From contig JACNFI010000095.1 of NCBI GenBank assembly GCA_014384665.1, positions 1 to 28,254 on the forward strand: DNA of 28,254 nt, read 5' to 3'. The position numbers and the translations under genes were made by a program. Positions within the stretch are counted from its first letter, which is position 1; the number at the start of each line of letters is the position of its first letter. The DNA comes from Candidatus Cloacimonadota bacterium. GTDB taxonomy: Bacteria > Cloacimonadota > Cloacimonadia > JGIOTU-2. The notes beneath the pieces were generated by a model that worked only from the letters and a program-made list of their open reading frames with translations, was not told the DNA's origin and made no database searches. Of the stretch, positions 8,853 to 18,153 are shown piece after piece.

Positions 8853-11800
8853 TTGAAAAAGCAATTACTTATTTTATTTTTATTTTTTAATTTTACCTTT
8901 CTATTTGAGAATCTTATTGGAAATAGTTTAAATGTTATAGAATCAAATACTAATTTCCTTATTCTTAAATTTAAGCTTGAAGATTATGATATTAGATATA
9001 CAGAGAATTTTTCTTTCATAAATGCAAAAAACCTTACATATAAAGAGATTGAAGGAGATGCACGACTCCCTGTTTATATTTTCACTGTAGGAATTCCTCC
9101 AGAAGGGCAAATAAATTATACAAAATTTGAAACGAATGTTACAAGCACAACTCTAAAATACCCAGTTGCCCCATATCCAAAATTTATTAAAACACAAGAA
9201 TCTGAAACCTGCCAATTAGTTTATCAAATTAACCCTGATACTTACTACAATACACTTTCACCTGAGCTTATAGAAATTTCTGAACCATATTATTGGAGAA
9301 ATCAAAGAGTTGTAAAATTTATCATTAATCCTTTTTCTGTTGAGAACAATCAACTTATTATTACTGGGCAATTTAAATTAAAAATAAATTTTCCTGGCAA
9401 TGGTAGTAATAAGAATGTTTTTAAAGATAAAAATTTTGAAAACATTTTTAAGAATTCTATAACAAATTTCAATATCGCAAAATACTGGTCTATTGAGCGA
9501 AAACGAGAAGTTCCTGACAATCCTTTTTCGCATGCCGATAGATGGTTCAAAATTCCAATTACCCAAGATGGAATCTACAAGATAACAAAAAGCGAGCTAG
9601 CAAATGCTGGCATTTTTGTAGATGATTTGGCTCCAGAATCTATAAAAATATTCAATGGTGGGGGTTATTCATTAAATAGAAACAGTTATACAGGGCCCAC
9701 AGATTTAAGAGAAATTCCAGTTTTTTTATCACAATTCGGAGATGATTTTTCAATTTACTTTTATGCTCGTGATACAAATGGAAGCAAAATGAATCCATAT
9801 TACAGCAGTCAATACTATAATCCTTACACTGGGGAAAATATTTATTGGCTTACATACAATACGGATTTTACTAATAAAACCGAAAAAAAATTAATATTAA
9901 ATTCTAAACCAACAATTCCTAAAGAAGAATTACTCCAATCTTATCATTTCACAGTGCATTTTGAAGAAGAAAATTTACGAGAAGATTCTAATGGAATCAA
10001 ATGGTTCTGGAAAAATATGTCTTCAGGCAGTTTATATAATTTTAGTTTTACTGTTTCAAATCTTGTAGAAAATGAAAACCAAAAGATTGAGTTAAAATTT
10101 AATACAGGATTATATTCCGGTACTACAATAAAAGTTAATAATGAAACTCCAGATATTACTTGGGGAAATCCAGTATATTTGGAAGGAAATTTTCTGAAAA
10201 ATGGTAATAATTCAATAATTATTTCTCCTTCAAAATCACTTTATTTTGATTATTATAAAGTAGAATATGATAAAAATCTATCAATGGAAAATAATAGAGT
10301 GGCTTTTTCTCTACCTCAAACAAATACCGAGTATGAAATTGAAATTGATAATGTACAAAATAATGAACTGTATATCTTTAAGATTAAAGATTTTGATGAT
10401 GTAGATACAATTTCATCAGAAAATTATAATTATAATCCTGAGTCCAATACCCTTACATTTATTAATTCAATAACTAATTTAAATACAAAATATTATGCTG
10501 TGTGTTATGGAGGTTACTTAACACCAACTGAAATTATTGAAGTGATACTTCATGAAAGAGAAGTATATTACTCATATAATCAAAATGGTCAGGTTGTTGG
10601 AGAAGATAAGGATTGCTATTTAAGGGATAACATAGAACTTGCAAATACAGATGTTATTATCATAACTCCGGAAGTGCTTTATGAAAAATCAAAAGAATTA
10701 GCAGATTTGCATAGTGAAATTGATAGTATGACTGTCCTTGTTGCTAAATTAAGTTATATCTATGATGAATTTTCCTGGGGCTTACCAGATGTAGTTGCTA
10801 TTAGATATTTTCTGCATTATGCTCTTGATTATTATAGTTCAGGATCTGAAAATATAGTTTCTTATGCAATTTTAGCTGGAGATGGGACGAATGATTTTAG
10901 AAAATATGAATCCATTACTGATGATAAGAACAAGTTACCCCCTTTTATTAATGGCACCACCGCTTCTGATGATTATTATGTATATTTTAATAGTGGCTCC
11001 TGTCCTGATATGATGATTGGGAGGTTTCCATGTCAAAATTTATCACAATTTGAAATATCTACAAATAAGGTTATTGAGTATGTTAAATATCCTATTTATG
11101 GTTTCTGGAGAGATAGAATTATTCTATCTGCAGACGATGCTCTTAAGGATGGTGATTATAAAGAACCTGTGCATACTGAGTATGCTGAAGAATATTGTGC
11201 AGATGTGATTCAAAACAATGTTGAACTAATAAAGATATATGGAGTGGAATACCCACTTGATGAATTTCAGAATAAACCTGAAGTTAGAGAGGATATAATA
11301 GCATCTATTAATAATGGAGTTGCTGTATTTTACTATATAGGTCATGGTGGTTATGATGTACTTGGTGATGAGGACTATTTTCGCGGAAGTAGAGATATTT
11401 CAAGGTTGAATAATGCCGACTTTCTTACTTTTTTTGTCGCTGCATCCTGTAATGTAGGGCATTTTGATTCAAATACTTTTGAATGTATGGCTGAGAAAAT
11501 GGTTGTCACCAAAGATAAAGGGGCAATCGCATCACTTGCAGCTTCAAGAGGGGTTGGGTATTCTGATAAATGTAGTAAAGTGGTAGATTCACTTGTAACA
11601 CAAGCAGATAATAATATTCGTATTGGAGAATCAATTTTAATGGCTAAATGTAAAGGTTTAAATAAGAAATATATACTATTTGGTGACCCAGTTATACAAT
11701 TAGTGATTCCCCCAATTTCTGGGTTTCTCAAAATCCCAGATGCATTGCCAGATGATTCATTACAAGCCAGGCAAACTGGATATTTAAAAGGAACTATATC

Positions 11801-12752
11801 TGATATAAGTAGTCAGTATACAGAAGTTTTTGCTGTTACCTATGATACCGATTATGAAGGAACTTATTATGTGGATATCGAACCTTATGAACGCCATTAT
11901 ATAATAAAAGGAAAGCCAATATTCAAAGGTCCAGTTTCATGTTATCAAGATTCATTTTCTCTAAATTTCATAGTTCCAGATGATATTCGTGGAGGACAGG
12001 AAGGACATATTCTTGCATATAGTGTAAACATAAATAAAACTCAAGATATTGTAATGAATTATCAAAAAAGGACAGAACCAGATAATCACAATTTGATTAT
12101 TAATGGTTATTCTGATGCTGTAAATGATGGACCTCCCACAATAGATATTTGGCTTGATAGAAAATCTTTTAACGATGGAGATTATGTTTCTACGACACCT
12201 AAACTTTTTGCAGATATTTCAGATAGCAATGGAATAAATATTACAAATACTCCTGGACATAGAATTTTGCTGACAATAGATGATGAATATGAAGAAAATG
12301 TTACTGATAAGTTTATATATAATCTCAATTCTTATACTGATGGTGCTATTGAATACAAAATTAGCAGTATAGAACCCGGTGACCATACATTGAGATTAGT
12401 TGTGTTTGATAATTTTAATCTACCTAGTTTTAAGGATGTAACTTTTAAAATAAAGGAGCCAGGCTGTATAAGTGCTTATAATGTGCTTAATTATCCAAAC
12501 CCAATGGATGTTCATACATATTTCACTTTTTATTTAGATGGAGATGCAACAGTTGATATAGAAATTTTTACAATTGCAGGAAAAATGATAAAGAGAATTG
12601 ATAATGAACTCTGCCAGCCAGGATATAATCAGATTTATTGGAATGGACGAGATGCGGATGATGATTTTCCTGCAAATGGTGTGTATTTTTATAAAATTTG
12701 CCTGAATTCAAAAAGAACTGATAAAGTTTATAAATTGATTGTTTCACATTAA
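8853..12752 (+). CDS. secreted gingipain-like cysteine peptidase (family C25) with a type IX secretion system C-terminal sorting domain
   Basis: The 1299-aa translation has an N-terminal signal peptide (KKQLLILFLFFNF), with a TTG start implied at 8853. The C25 catalytic His context is YYIGHGGYD and the Cys context is FFVAASCNVGHFD. The C-terminal about 80 aa (NYPNPMDVHTYFTFYLDGDATVDIEIFTIAGKMIKRIDN…YFYKI…YKLIV) fits the T9SS/Por secretion CTD beta-sandwich. Confidence 0.85.
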   Translation: MKKQLLILFLFFNFTFLFENLIGNSLNVIESNTNFLILKFKLEDYDIRYTENFSFINAKNLTYKEIEGDARLPVYIFTVGIPPEGQINYTKFETNVTSTTLKYPVAPYPKFIKTQESETCQLVYQINPDTYYNTLSPELIEISEPYYWRNQRVVKFIINPFSVENNQLIITGQFKLKINFPGNGSNKNVFKDKNFENIFKNSITNFNIAKYWSIERKREVPDNPFSHADRWFKIPITQDGIYKITKSELANAGIFVDDLAPESIKIFNGGGYSLNRNSYTGPTDLREIPVFLSQFGDDFSIYFYARDTNGSKMNPYYSSQYYNPYTGENIYWLTYNTDFTNKTEKKLILNSKPTIPKEELLQSYHFTVHFEEENLREDSNGIKWFWKNMSSGSLYNFSFTVSNLVENENQKIELKFNTGLYSGTTIKVNNETPDITWGNPVYLEGNFLKNGNNSIIISPSKSLYFDYYKVEYDKNLSMENNRVAFSLPQTNTEYEIEIDNVQNNELYIFKIKDFDDVDTISSENYNYNPESNTLTFINSITNLNTKYYAVCYGGYLTPTEIIEVILHEREVYYSYNQNGQVVGEDKDCYLRDNIELANTDVIIITPEVLYEKSKELADLHSEIDSMTVLVAKLSYIYDEFSWGLPDVVAIRYFLHYALDYYSSGSENIVSYAILAGDGTNDFRKYESITDDKNKLPPFINGTTASDDYYVYFNSGSCPDMMIGRFPCQNLSQFEISTNKVIEYVKYPIYGFWRDRIILSADDALKDGDYKEPVHTEYAEEYCADVIQNNVELIKIYGVEYPLDEFQNKPEVREDIIASINNGVAVFYYIGHGGYDVLGDEDYFRGSRDISRLNNADFLTFFVAASCNVGHFDSNTFECMAEKMVVTKDKGAIASLAASRGVGYSDKCSKVVDSLVTQADNNIRIGESILMAKCKGLNKKYILFGDPVIQLVIPPISGFLKIPDALPDDSLQARQTGYLKGTISDISSQYTEVFAVTYDTDYEGTYYVDIEPYERHYIIKGKPIFKGPVSCYQDSFSLNFIVPDDIRGGQEGHILAYSVNINKTQDIVMNYQKRTEPDNHNLIINGYSDAVNDGPPTIDIWLDRKSFNDGDYVSTTPKLFADISDSNGINITNTPGHRILLTIDDEYEENVTDKFIYNLNSYTDGAIEYKISSIEPGDHTLRLVVFDNFNLPSFKDVTFKIKEPGCISAYNVLNYPNPMDVHTYFTFYLDGDATVDIEIFTIAGKMIKRIDNELCQPGYNQIYWNGRDADDDFPANGVYFYKICLNSKRTDKVYKLIVSH

Positions 12753-12768
12753 AGTTTTGAAAAAGCTT

Positions 12769-12786
12769 AACGGGGTAAACCCCGTT
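12769..12786. terminator. perfect palindrome AACGGGGTAAACCCCGTT, 17 nt after the peptidase stop; candidate terminator or hairpin-family member
   Basis: It is a 7-bp GC-rich stem with a 4-nt loop. The U-run is on the upstream (antisense) side only, so it is not a canonical intrinsic terminator on the plus strand. It belongs to the CCCCGT hairpin family seen elsewhere in the window. Confidence 0.4.
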
Positions 12787-12865
12787 AAATAATTCACATT
12801 GTCCATTCTCCGTAGCACTGCGAAGGATGAATTATATAATTATTATCCTCTTCGGTTTGTTATAT

Positions 12866-13035
12866 TTAACGGGGTAAACCGCAAAATAATAATTGATTTA
12901 ACCGCGAATATACGCGAATTTACCCCGTTAGATATTCAGTTTTTTATTTCTATCTCCACCCGGATAATAAAATTATCTAACAGGGTAGACACTAATTTTT
13001 TTCTCTTAATTAGCGAAAATTAGCGTTAATTAGTG
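12866..13035. repeat. intergenic repeat block: CCCCGT-family hairpins plus a tandem 10-mer (TTAATTAGCG/AAAATTAGCG/TTAATTAGTG)
   Basis: AACGGGGTAAACCGC (about 12868) pairs with GCGAATTTACCCCGTT (about 12915-12931). TTTACCCCGTTAGAT…ATCTAACAGGGTA (12922-12988) forms a hairpin followed by CACTAATTTTTTT. A tandem 10-bp ×3 lies at 13006-13035. The AATTAGTG/CACTAATT motif is shared with the E1 boundaries. Confidence 0.55.
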
Positions 13036-13070
13036 GTTGGCAGTAAATAGTTATAATTTTTTGCCAAAGA

Positions 13071-14711
13071 ATGAAACAAAAATATGAAGAAATCGTGAAC
13101 AAGGTTGTCAAAAAACATCCAGAGAGAAAAGAAAAATTTATCTCCGGTTCTTCAGAGATTGTTAAACGGCTCTATACACAGGACGATATTTCTGCGATGG
13201 ACTCTGATGAAGATATTGGCTATCCAGGATTTTATCCATATACCCGTGGGGTTCAGCCAACAATGTATCGTGGTCGCCTCTGGACAATGCGGCAGTATGC
13301 TGGCTTTGGTACCGCTGAAGAATCTAATAAGAGATATAAATATCTTCTTTCGCAAGGACAAACAGGACTTTCCGTTGCATTTGACCTTTGTACACAACTC
13401 GGCTATGATTCTGACCATCCGATGAGCAAAGGTGAAGTTGGCAAAGTAGGTGTGGCAATTGACACACTTGCTGATATGGAAACCCTTTTTGATGGAATTC
13501 CATTGGATAAGGTTTCAACTTCAATGACGATAAATGCTCCTGCTACAATTCTATTAGCAATGTATATTGCAGTTGCAGAAAAACAAAAAGTTCCAGTAAA
13601 TAAACTCAGAGGAACTATTCAAAATGATATTCTAAAGGAATATACAGCAAGAGGAACATACATTTTTCCTCCGAAACCTTCAATGCGTCTGACTACTGAT
13701 ATTTTCCAATATTGTTCGGAAAATATTCCGAATTGGAACACCATTTCTGTTTCTGGATATCATATTCGCGAAGCAGGGGCAACAGCAGCACAGGAAGTTG
13801 CTTTCACACTTTCAGATGGTATTGCTTATGTTGAAGCTGCGATAAATGCTGGATTAGATGTAGATGATTTTGCTCCACGAATATCTTTCTTCTTTAATGC
13901 ACATAATGACCTTCTTGAAGAAGTAGGAAAATTTAGGGCAGCAAGAAGATTATGGGCAAAAATTATGAAAGAGCGTTTCAATGCAAAAAATCTGAAATCT
14001 TTAATGCTCCGATTTCATACTCAAACTGCTGGTTCTACACTTACAGCACAACAATTAGATAATAATATTGTTCGTGTTGCAATTCAAACTCTGGCTGCTA
14101 TACTTGGAGGAACTCAATCTTTACATACAAATTCCAGAGATGAAGCTTTAGCTCTTCCAAATGAGGATTCAGTAAGAACTGCTCTCCGAACTCAGCAAAT
14201 CGTTGCTTATGAAAGTGGAGTTGCTAATACCATTGACCCATTAGCCGGTTCTTATTATATTGAAAGTATAACTAATAAGATTGAGAAAAAAGCAATGGAT
14301 TATATAAAAAAAATTGATGAGTTAGGCGGTATGATTGAAGCTATTGAAAAGGGTTATGTTCAAAAACAGATTCAGGATAGTGCATATAAATATCAAAAAC
14401 AAATTGAGAATGATGAAAGAATTATTGTAGGTGTTAATAAATTCGTTTCAAATGAAAAGCCTGAACAAGATATTTTAAAAGTAAATGAGCAAATTGAAAA
14501 ATATCAAATTGAAAAATTGAAAGAGGTAAAAAAACAAAGAGATAATGATAAAGTAAAAAGGTCCTTAGAAAGAATAAGACAAGATGCTAAATCATCAAAT
14601 AATCTTATACCTGCATTTCTTGACGCAATTAAAACATATACTACACTTGGAGAAATATGTGATGTTTTACGAAATGAATTTGGTGAGTATAAAGAAAAAA
14701 ATGTTTTCTAA
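13071..14711 (+). CDS. acyl-CoA (methylmalonyl-CoA-type) mutase, large-subunit catalytic TIM-barrel domain only, no B12-binding domain
   Basis: The 546-aa translation has the conserved N-terminal [50 protein letters not shown] block of MCM-alpha/Icm large subunits. The ORF ends before any Rossmann-like cobalamin-binding domain (no DxHxxG). This is the split-mutase architecture. Confidence 0.8.
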   Translation: MKQKYEEIVNKVVKKHPERKEKFISGSSEIVKRLYTQDDISAMDSDEDIGYPGFYPYTRGVQPTMYRGRLWTMRQYAGFGTAEESNKRYKYLLSQGQTGLSVAFDLCTQLGYDSDHPMSKGEVGKVGVAIDTLADMETLFDGIPLDKVSTSMTINAPATILLAMYIAVAEKQKVPVNKLRGTIQNDILKEYTARGTYIFPPKPSMRLTTDIFQYCSENIPNWNTISVSGYHIREAGATAAQEVAFTLSDGIAYVEAAINAGLDVDDFAPRISFFFNAHNDLLEEVGKFRAARRLWAKIMKERFNAKNLKSLMLRFHTQTAGSTLTAQQLDNNIVRVAIQTLAAILGGTQSLHTNSRDEALALPNEDSVRTALRTQQIVAYESGVANTIDPLAGSYYIESITNKIEKKAMDYIKKIDELGGMIEAIEKGYVQKQIQDSAYKYQKQIENDERIIVGVNKFVSNEKPEQDILKVNEQIEKYQIEKLKEVKKQRDNDKVKRSLERIRQDAKSSNNLIPAFLDAIKTYTTLGEICDVLRNEFGEYKEKNVF

Positions 14712-14788
14712 AACAAAGAAAACACAACAAAGAAGAGATAAGCCATTAACTTACCCTAAACATCTCGAATAGAAATATTAAAATGAAA

Positions 14789-14819
14789 AGTTAGTGAGTG
14801 TTCGTGTAAGTTCGTGGCG
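14789..14819 (+). promoter_or_regulatory. conserved leader motif AGTTAGTGaGTGTTCGTGtAAGTTcGTGGCG, 22 nt upstream of the SPFH gene start
   Basis: It is near-identical to 27367-27452, which lies upstream of the 27473 membrane-protein gene. That copy carries an extra 55-bp CCCCGTG hairpin inserted between the two halves. In both cases AGGAGG and the ATG follow directly. Confidence 0.45.
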
Positions 14820-14840
14820 AAATAACTCATAGGAGGAAAA

Positions 14841-15740
14841 ATGGGTATAATAGTCATCATTATAATTCTGATTGTGCTATATTGGCAGGCAAAGAGTATT
14901 TTCCATGATAAAGCTAACCTGGCAAAAACTATTATTATTTTGCTAATTATAATTGGAGTTTTATCACAAACGATTAAAGTTGTAGAACCAGGTAAAGTAA
15001 AAGTGCAGGTGCTGTTCGGAAAGGTGCAAAAAAGGATTTTGCACAGCGGACTTAATTTTGTAAATCCGTTAATAACTATGCGTACTATGAGTGTTCGCAC
15101 AGAAGCTTATACAATGAGTGCTGCACGATATGAAGGTAGAGTCCGAGGCGACGATGCAATAAAAGCATTAACTTCTGATGGTATCATACTGCCTATGGAT
15201 ATTACATGCTTGTTTCATTTAATAGCTGATAAAGCACCAGAGGTATATGAAAAAATTGGCTATGATTATGAATCAAAGATTATCCGACCTGAACTCAAAA
15301 CGATTATCCGACAAGTTATTAGTAACTTTAAAATGGAGCAGGTATATTCTTCTGCAAGAGATACTATTGCTCTAAGAATGAAAGAAGAAGCTCATAAGAA
15401 ATTATTTCCAAGAGGAATATTTATTGAGGATGTTCTTTTAAGAAATGTTACTCTTCCAAAACAGGTAGAAACAGCAATAAATGCAAAAAAGACTGAGCAA
15501 CAAAATTTTGAAAAGATGCTCTATACGCTACAGAAAGAAGGAAAGGAAAAAGAGAGAAAGATTATCGAAGCAGAGGGTATCAAAATTGCCAATCAAACTA
15601 TTGCAGAAGGTCTAACAGAAAGTTATCTTAGATGGTATCAAATTGATATGATGAAAAAATTGATTGATAGCCCGAATAACACGATTATCTTTATTCCAAT
15701 GGGACAGGAGATTACACCGATAATTAATACAGGGAAATAA
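14841..15740 (+). CDS. SPFH/band-7 (stomatin/prohibitin-like) membrane protein
   Basis: The 299-aa translation has an N-terminal TM segment. The SPFH core (KVVEPGKVKVQVLFGKVQ…, IRPELKTIIRQVISNFKMEQVYSSARDTIALRMKEEAHKKL) and a C-terminal coiled-coil are typical of the family. An RBS (AGGAGGAAAAA) precedes the ATG. Confidence 0.8.
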   Translation: MGIIVIIIILIVLYWQAKSIFHDKANLAKTIIILLIIIGVLSQTIKVVEPGKVKVQVLFGKVQKRILHSGLNFVNPLITMRTMSVRTEAYTMSAARYEGRVRGDDAIKALTSDGIILPMDITCLFHLIADKAPEVYEKIGYDYESKIIRPELKTIIRQVISNFKMEQVYSSARDTIALRMKEEAHKKLFPRGIFIEDVLLRNVTLPKQVETAINAKKTEQQNFEKMLYTLQKEGKEKERKIIEAEGIKIANQTIAEGLTESYLRWYQIDMMKKLIDSPNNTIIFIPMGQEITPIINTGK

Positions 15741-15850
15741 GGAAATAGAGGTATAAGGGAAAAATCAAAAGGCAAAATGTAAAAGGCAAAATTAAAAGTT
15801 ATAGGGCAGAAATTTTTAATATATTGAAATTTTATTCTTTCCCTGTAAAT
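15632..15850 (+). repeat. direct repeat copy A: last 35 codons of the SPFH gene plus about 110 bp downstream; partner at 16637-16857
   Basis: 15632-15850 and 16637-16857 align end to end at roughly 85% identity. Copy B still encodes WYQIDMMKKLIDSPNNTIIFIPRGQDITPIINTGK*, against native …FIPMGQEITPIINTGK*. Confidence 0.8.
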
Positions 15851-15903
15851 TTATTGCATAGGAATTTCCTTTTTTTCTGACACATAAGTTTTTGGTAGAT
15901 AAC

Positions 15904-15927
15904 TCGTAACCCGTAACCCGTAACTCG
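15904..15927. repeat. tandem heptamer CGTAACC ×3 (TCGTAACCCGTAACCCGTAACTCG)
   Basis: Seen directly in the sequence, in the region carried in with the bioY insert. Confidence 0.6.
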
Positions 15928-15954
15928 AATAGCATTTTTTATCAGTGAATATCT

Positions 15955-16010
15955 GTGTTTACCCCGTGTAATATAAAACGCTTCACTATTACACGGGGTG
16001 AATCTGTGGC
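15955..16010 (+). promoter_or_regulatory. GC-rich hairpin GTGTTTACCCCGTGTAATAT-N13-TATTACACGGGGTGAATCTGTGGC, about 30 nt upstream of bioY; possible operator or hairpin-repeat family member
   Basis: It is a 12-bp perfect stem. The flanking ACGGGGTGAAnnnGTGGC motif recurs at 27249-27266 (reverse orientation) and 27436-27452. Confidence 0.4.
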
Positions 16011-16039
16011 TAATATTTTCTCGGCGGTGAAAGGAAAAA

Positions 16040-16636
16040 ATGGAAAATCTAAAAAGAATGAACACAATGGCTGAAGCTTGTTTTCCAAGAATTGGAATTT
16101 TGAGCAATCCGATAATTTATAACTTGCTATTGATTTTAGGTGGCAGTCTCTTTATCTCCTTGACCGCACAATTAGCATTTCGTTTGCCTTTTACTCCAGT
16201 GCCAATAACAATGCAGACATTTGGAGTGCTTTTAATTGGACTTACATATGGTAGCAAGAGAGGTGCTTTAACATTGGTTGCATACCTTGCAGAAGGAGCA
16301 ATGGGCTTACCAGTATTTGCGAATGGTGGGTGTGGAATTGCTTACCTTTGCGGTCCCACAGGTGGATATTTGTTTGGATTTGTAGTTGCAGCATTTGTTA
16401 TTGGATACTTGGCAGAAAATGGCTGGGATAGAAAAATGTTGACTGCATTTGCAGCAATGTTGATTGGCACAATTGTTCTATTTGCTTTTGGTTTGCTCGG
16501 GCTGAGCAGATTTGTTGGTGAAGATAAATTATTTGTCGCAGGATTGATTCCGTTCATTCCAGGTGAGATTTTTAAGAGCATTCTTGTGGCTATTTCATTG
16601 CCAACTGCATGGAAGGTTCTCATAAAAAAATTTTAA
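16040..16636 (+). CDS. bioY: biotin transporter BioY (ECF-type S component)
   Basis: The 198-aa polytopic protein has the BioY hallmark PVPITMQTFGVLLIGL and GPTGGYLFGF motifs. A strong RBS (AAAGGAAAAA) precedes the ATG. It is visibly more GC-rich than its neighbours and is flanked by the 15632/16637 direct repeats. Confidence 0.85.
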   Translation: MENLKRMNTMAEACFPRIGILSNPIIYNLLLILGGSLFISLTAQLAFRLPFTPVPITMQTFGVLLIGLTYGSKRGALTLVAYLAEGAMGLPVFANGGCGIAYLCGPTGGYLFGFVVAAFVIGYLAENGWDRKMLTAFAAMLIGTIVLFAFGLLGLSRFVGEDKLFVAGLIPFIPGEIFKSILVAISLPTAWKVLIKKF

Positions 16637-16857
16637 ATGGTACCAAATTGATATGATGAAAAAACTGATTGATAGTCCGAATAATACGATTATCTTTATC
16701 CCGAGGGGACAAGATATTACACCAATAATTAATACTGGAAAGTAGTATATAAAAGGAAATAAGGAGATAGGGATATAAGGATATAAGGCAAAATGTAAAA
16801 GGCAAAAAATTAAGAAGCAGAAATTATTAATATAGAGAAGATTTATTCTTTTACCCT
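16637..16857 (+). repeat. direct repeat copy B (diverged duplicate of the SPFH 3' end plus downstream spacer)
   Basis: See copy A. It includes the in-frame remnant of the 35 C-terminal SPFH codons with its own stop at about 16747-16749. Confidence 0.8.
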
Positions 16858-16880
16858 ATTAGATTTCAATTTGAGGTAGA

Positions 16881-18068
16881 ATGATAAATATGAAAAAGAA
16901 AAAAATTATATTCATTATTGTATTATTCTCTATGTTTTCTACATGCACTTTTTCTTATGCTTTATATGAATTTACTTGTATTTTTACTTTATACAACACT
17001 TCTGCAACCAATTTAGCTTTTGGACTTGATTCTGGTACAGCAAATATCTGGCACAAAAATCCCTTAGATATTTGGAGTAATCCAGCAAAACTTGGGTATT
17101 ATAAAGGATTTGCTTTTGGATACTCACATGATAAATGGTTTGATGATCTTAATTTGGACATTTATCACAACTCATCCTATTTAACATTTGGATGGAAGGG
17201 TTTAGGCATTTTACTGCCTTCTCTCAATAATTCAAGCAAATTTGGAACCACTATGGATTATGGTGAACAAGAAGTATATGATGCACATGGAAATCTTTTG
17301 AGGAAGTTTAATTCCTATGAGACCTGCAGTCAATTTGCTTTTGGAATTAATTGTCTTGAATTCATTAATTATTTTTCTAAAGAAAATCAATTATTCAATA
17401 ATCTGCGAAAATACTCGGAACTTTCATTAGGATTAAGTATTGATTATATACGAAGTAATCTGCTGCCTTATATTTCTGATTCCCTGAAAATAAATAAAGG
17501 AACTGGGTTATCAAATAATATTGGCGCACTAATAAAAATAACTCCTTTAAATATATATGATAGTGGTATAAGGCTTGATATTACTGCAGGCATAAATATA
17601 GTTAACATATTTAAATCAGACATGACTTATAAATACAATAATGGAGATAAGGAGAAACAACCATTGCCTTATGGTAATAGAACTGGAATCGCTGGAAAAT
17701 TATCATTTATAAATATTAAGAACCTCGCAGATGAATATCCTTTGCTTTTTGATATTTCTAAATATCTTTTATCAATCTATGCAAGTTATGATAATTCTAA
17801 ATATGGTGATAATCCTTCTATCTGGGGTAAAGGAATTGAATTAACTTTGCTTGATATATTTTCTTGGCGATTTGGAGAATGCACAGATAAATATGGACAG
17901 GAGATTGGAGATTGTGAAGGTTGGGGTATTAATCTCAATTACAAAAATATTGTTAGTTTTCAATATAATTATGTTGAGTTTCCTTTAGGAGAGTCGCAAA
18001 CTAAGCAAAAAAAAGAAGATATATCATTTGGTATAGATATAATTAAACTCATAAATGAGTTTAAATAA
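16881..18068 (+). CDS. hypothetical secreted / outer-membrane-like protein
   Basis: The 395-aa translation has an N-terminal signal-like segment (KKKKIIFIIVLFSMFSTCTFSYA). Alternating aromatic/glycine-rich beta-strand-like segments run through the protein. Its family is unknown. The true start may be the second ATG at 16890, which has better spacing to GAGGT. Confidence 0.6.
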   Translation: MINMKKKKIIFIIVLFSMFSTCTFSYALYEFTCIFTLYNTSATNLAFGLDSGTANIWHKNPLDIWSNPAKLGYYKGFAFGYSHDKWFDDLNLDIYHNSSYLTFGWKGLGILLPSLNNSSKFGTTMDYGEQEVYDAHGNLLRKFNSYETCSQFAFGINCLEFINYFSKENQLFNNLRKYSELSLGLSIDYIRSNLLPYISDSLKINKGTGLSNNIGALIKITPLNIYDSGIRLDITAGINIVNIFKSDMTYKYNNGDKEKQPLPYGNRTGIAGKLSFINIKNLADEYPLLFDISKYLLSIYASYDNSKYGDNPSIWGKGIELTLLDIFSWRFGECTDKYGQEIGDCEGWGINLNYKNIVSFQYNYVEFPLGESQTKQKKEDISFGIDIIKLINEFK

Positions 18069-18073
18069 AATCT
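18006..18073 (+). repeat. direct repeat copy A: last about 20 codons of gene 16881-18068 plus 5 nt downstream; partner at 18511-18577
   Basis: CAAAAAAAAGAAGATATATCATTTGGTATAGATATAATTAAACTCATAAATGAGTTTAAATAAAATCT matches CAAAAAAAGAATGATCTATCATTTATTATAGACATATTTAAATTCATAAATGAGTTAAAATAAAATCT. Copy B still reads …DLSFIIDIFKFINELK*, against native …DISFGIDIIKLINEFK*. Confidence 0.75.
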
Positions 18074-18153
18074 AAAGTTATTATAGTTTTTTATTTTCTA
18101 TGAAATATGCCATTTATATTTTTACATTAGAATTCTAATAAGTGAGATAAATT

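Noticed and set aside
12799-13023. 74-aa ORF in the peptidase-mutase spacer
   Set aside because: It lies across the CCCCGT hairpins and tandem TTAATTAGYG repeats. It has no RBS, and its reading frame is dictated by repeat sequence. It is more plausibly non-coding.
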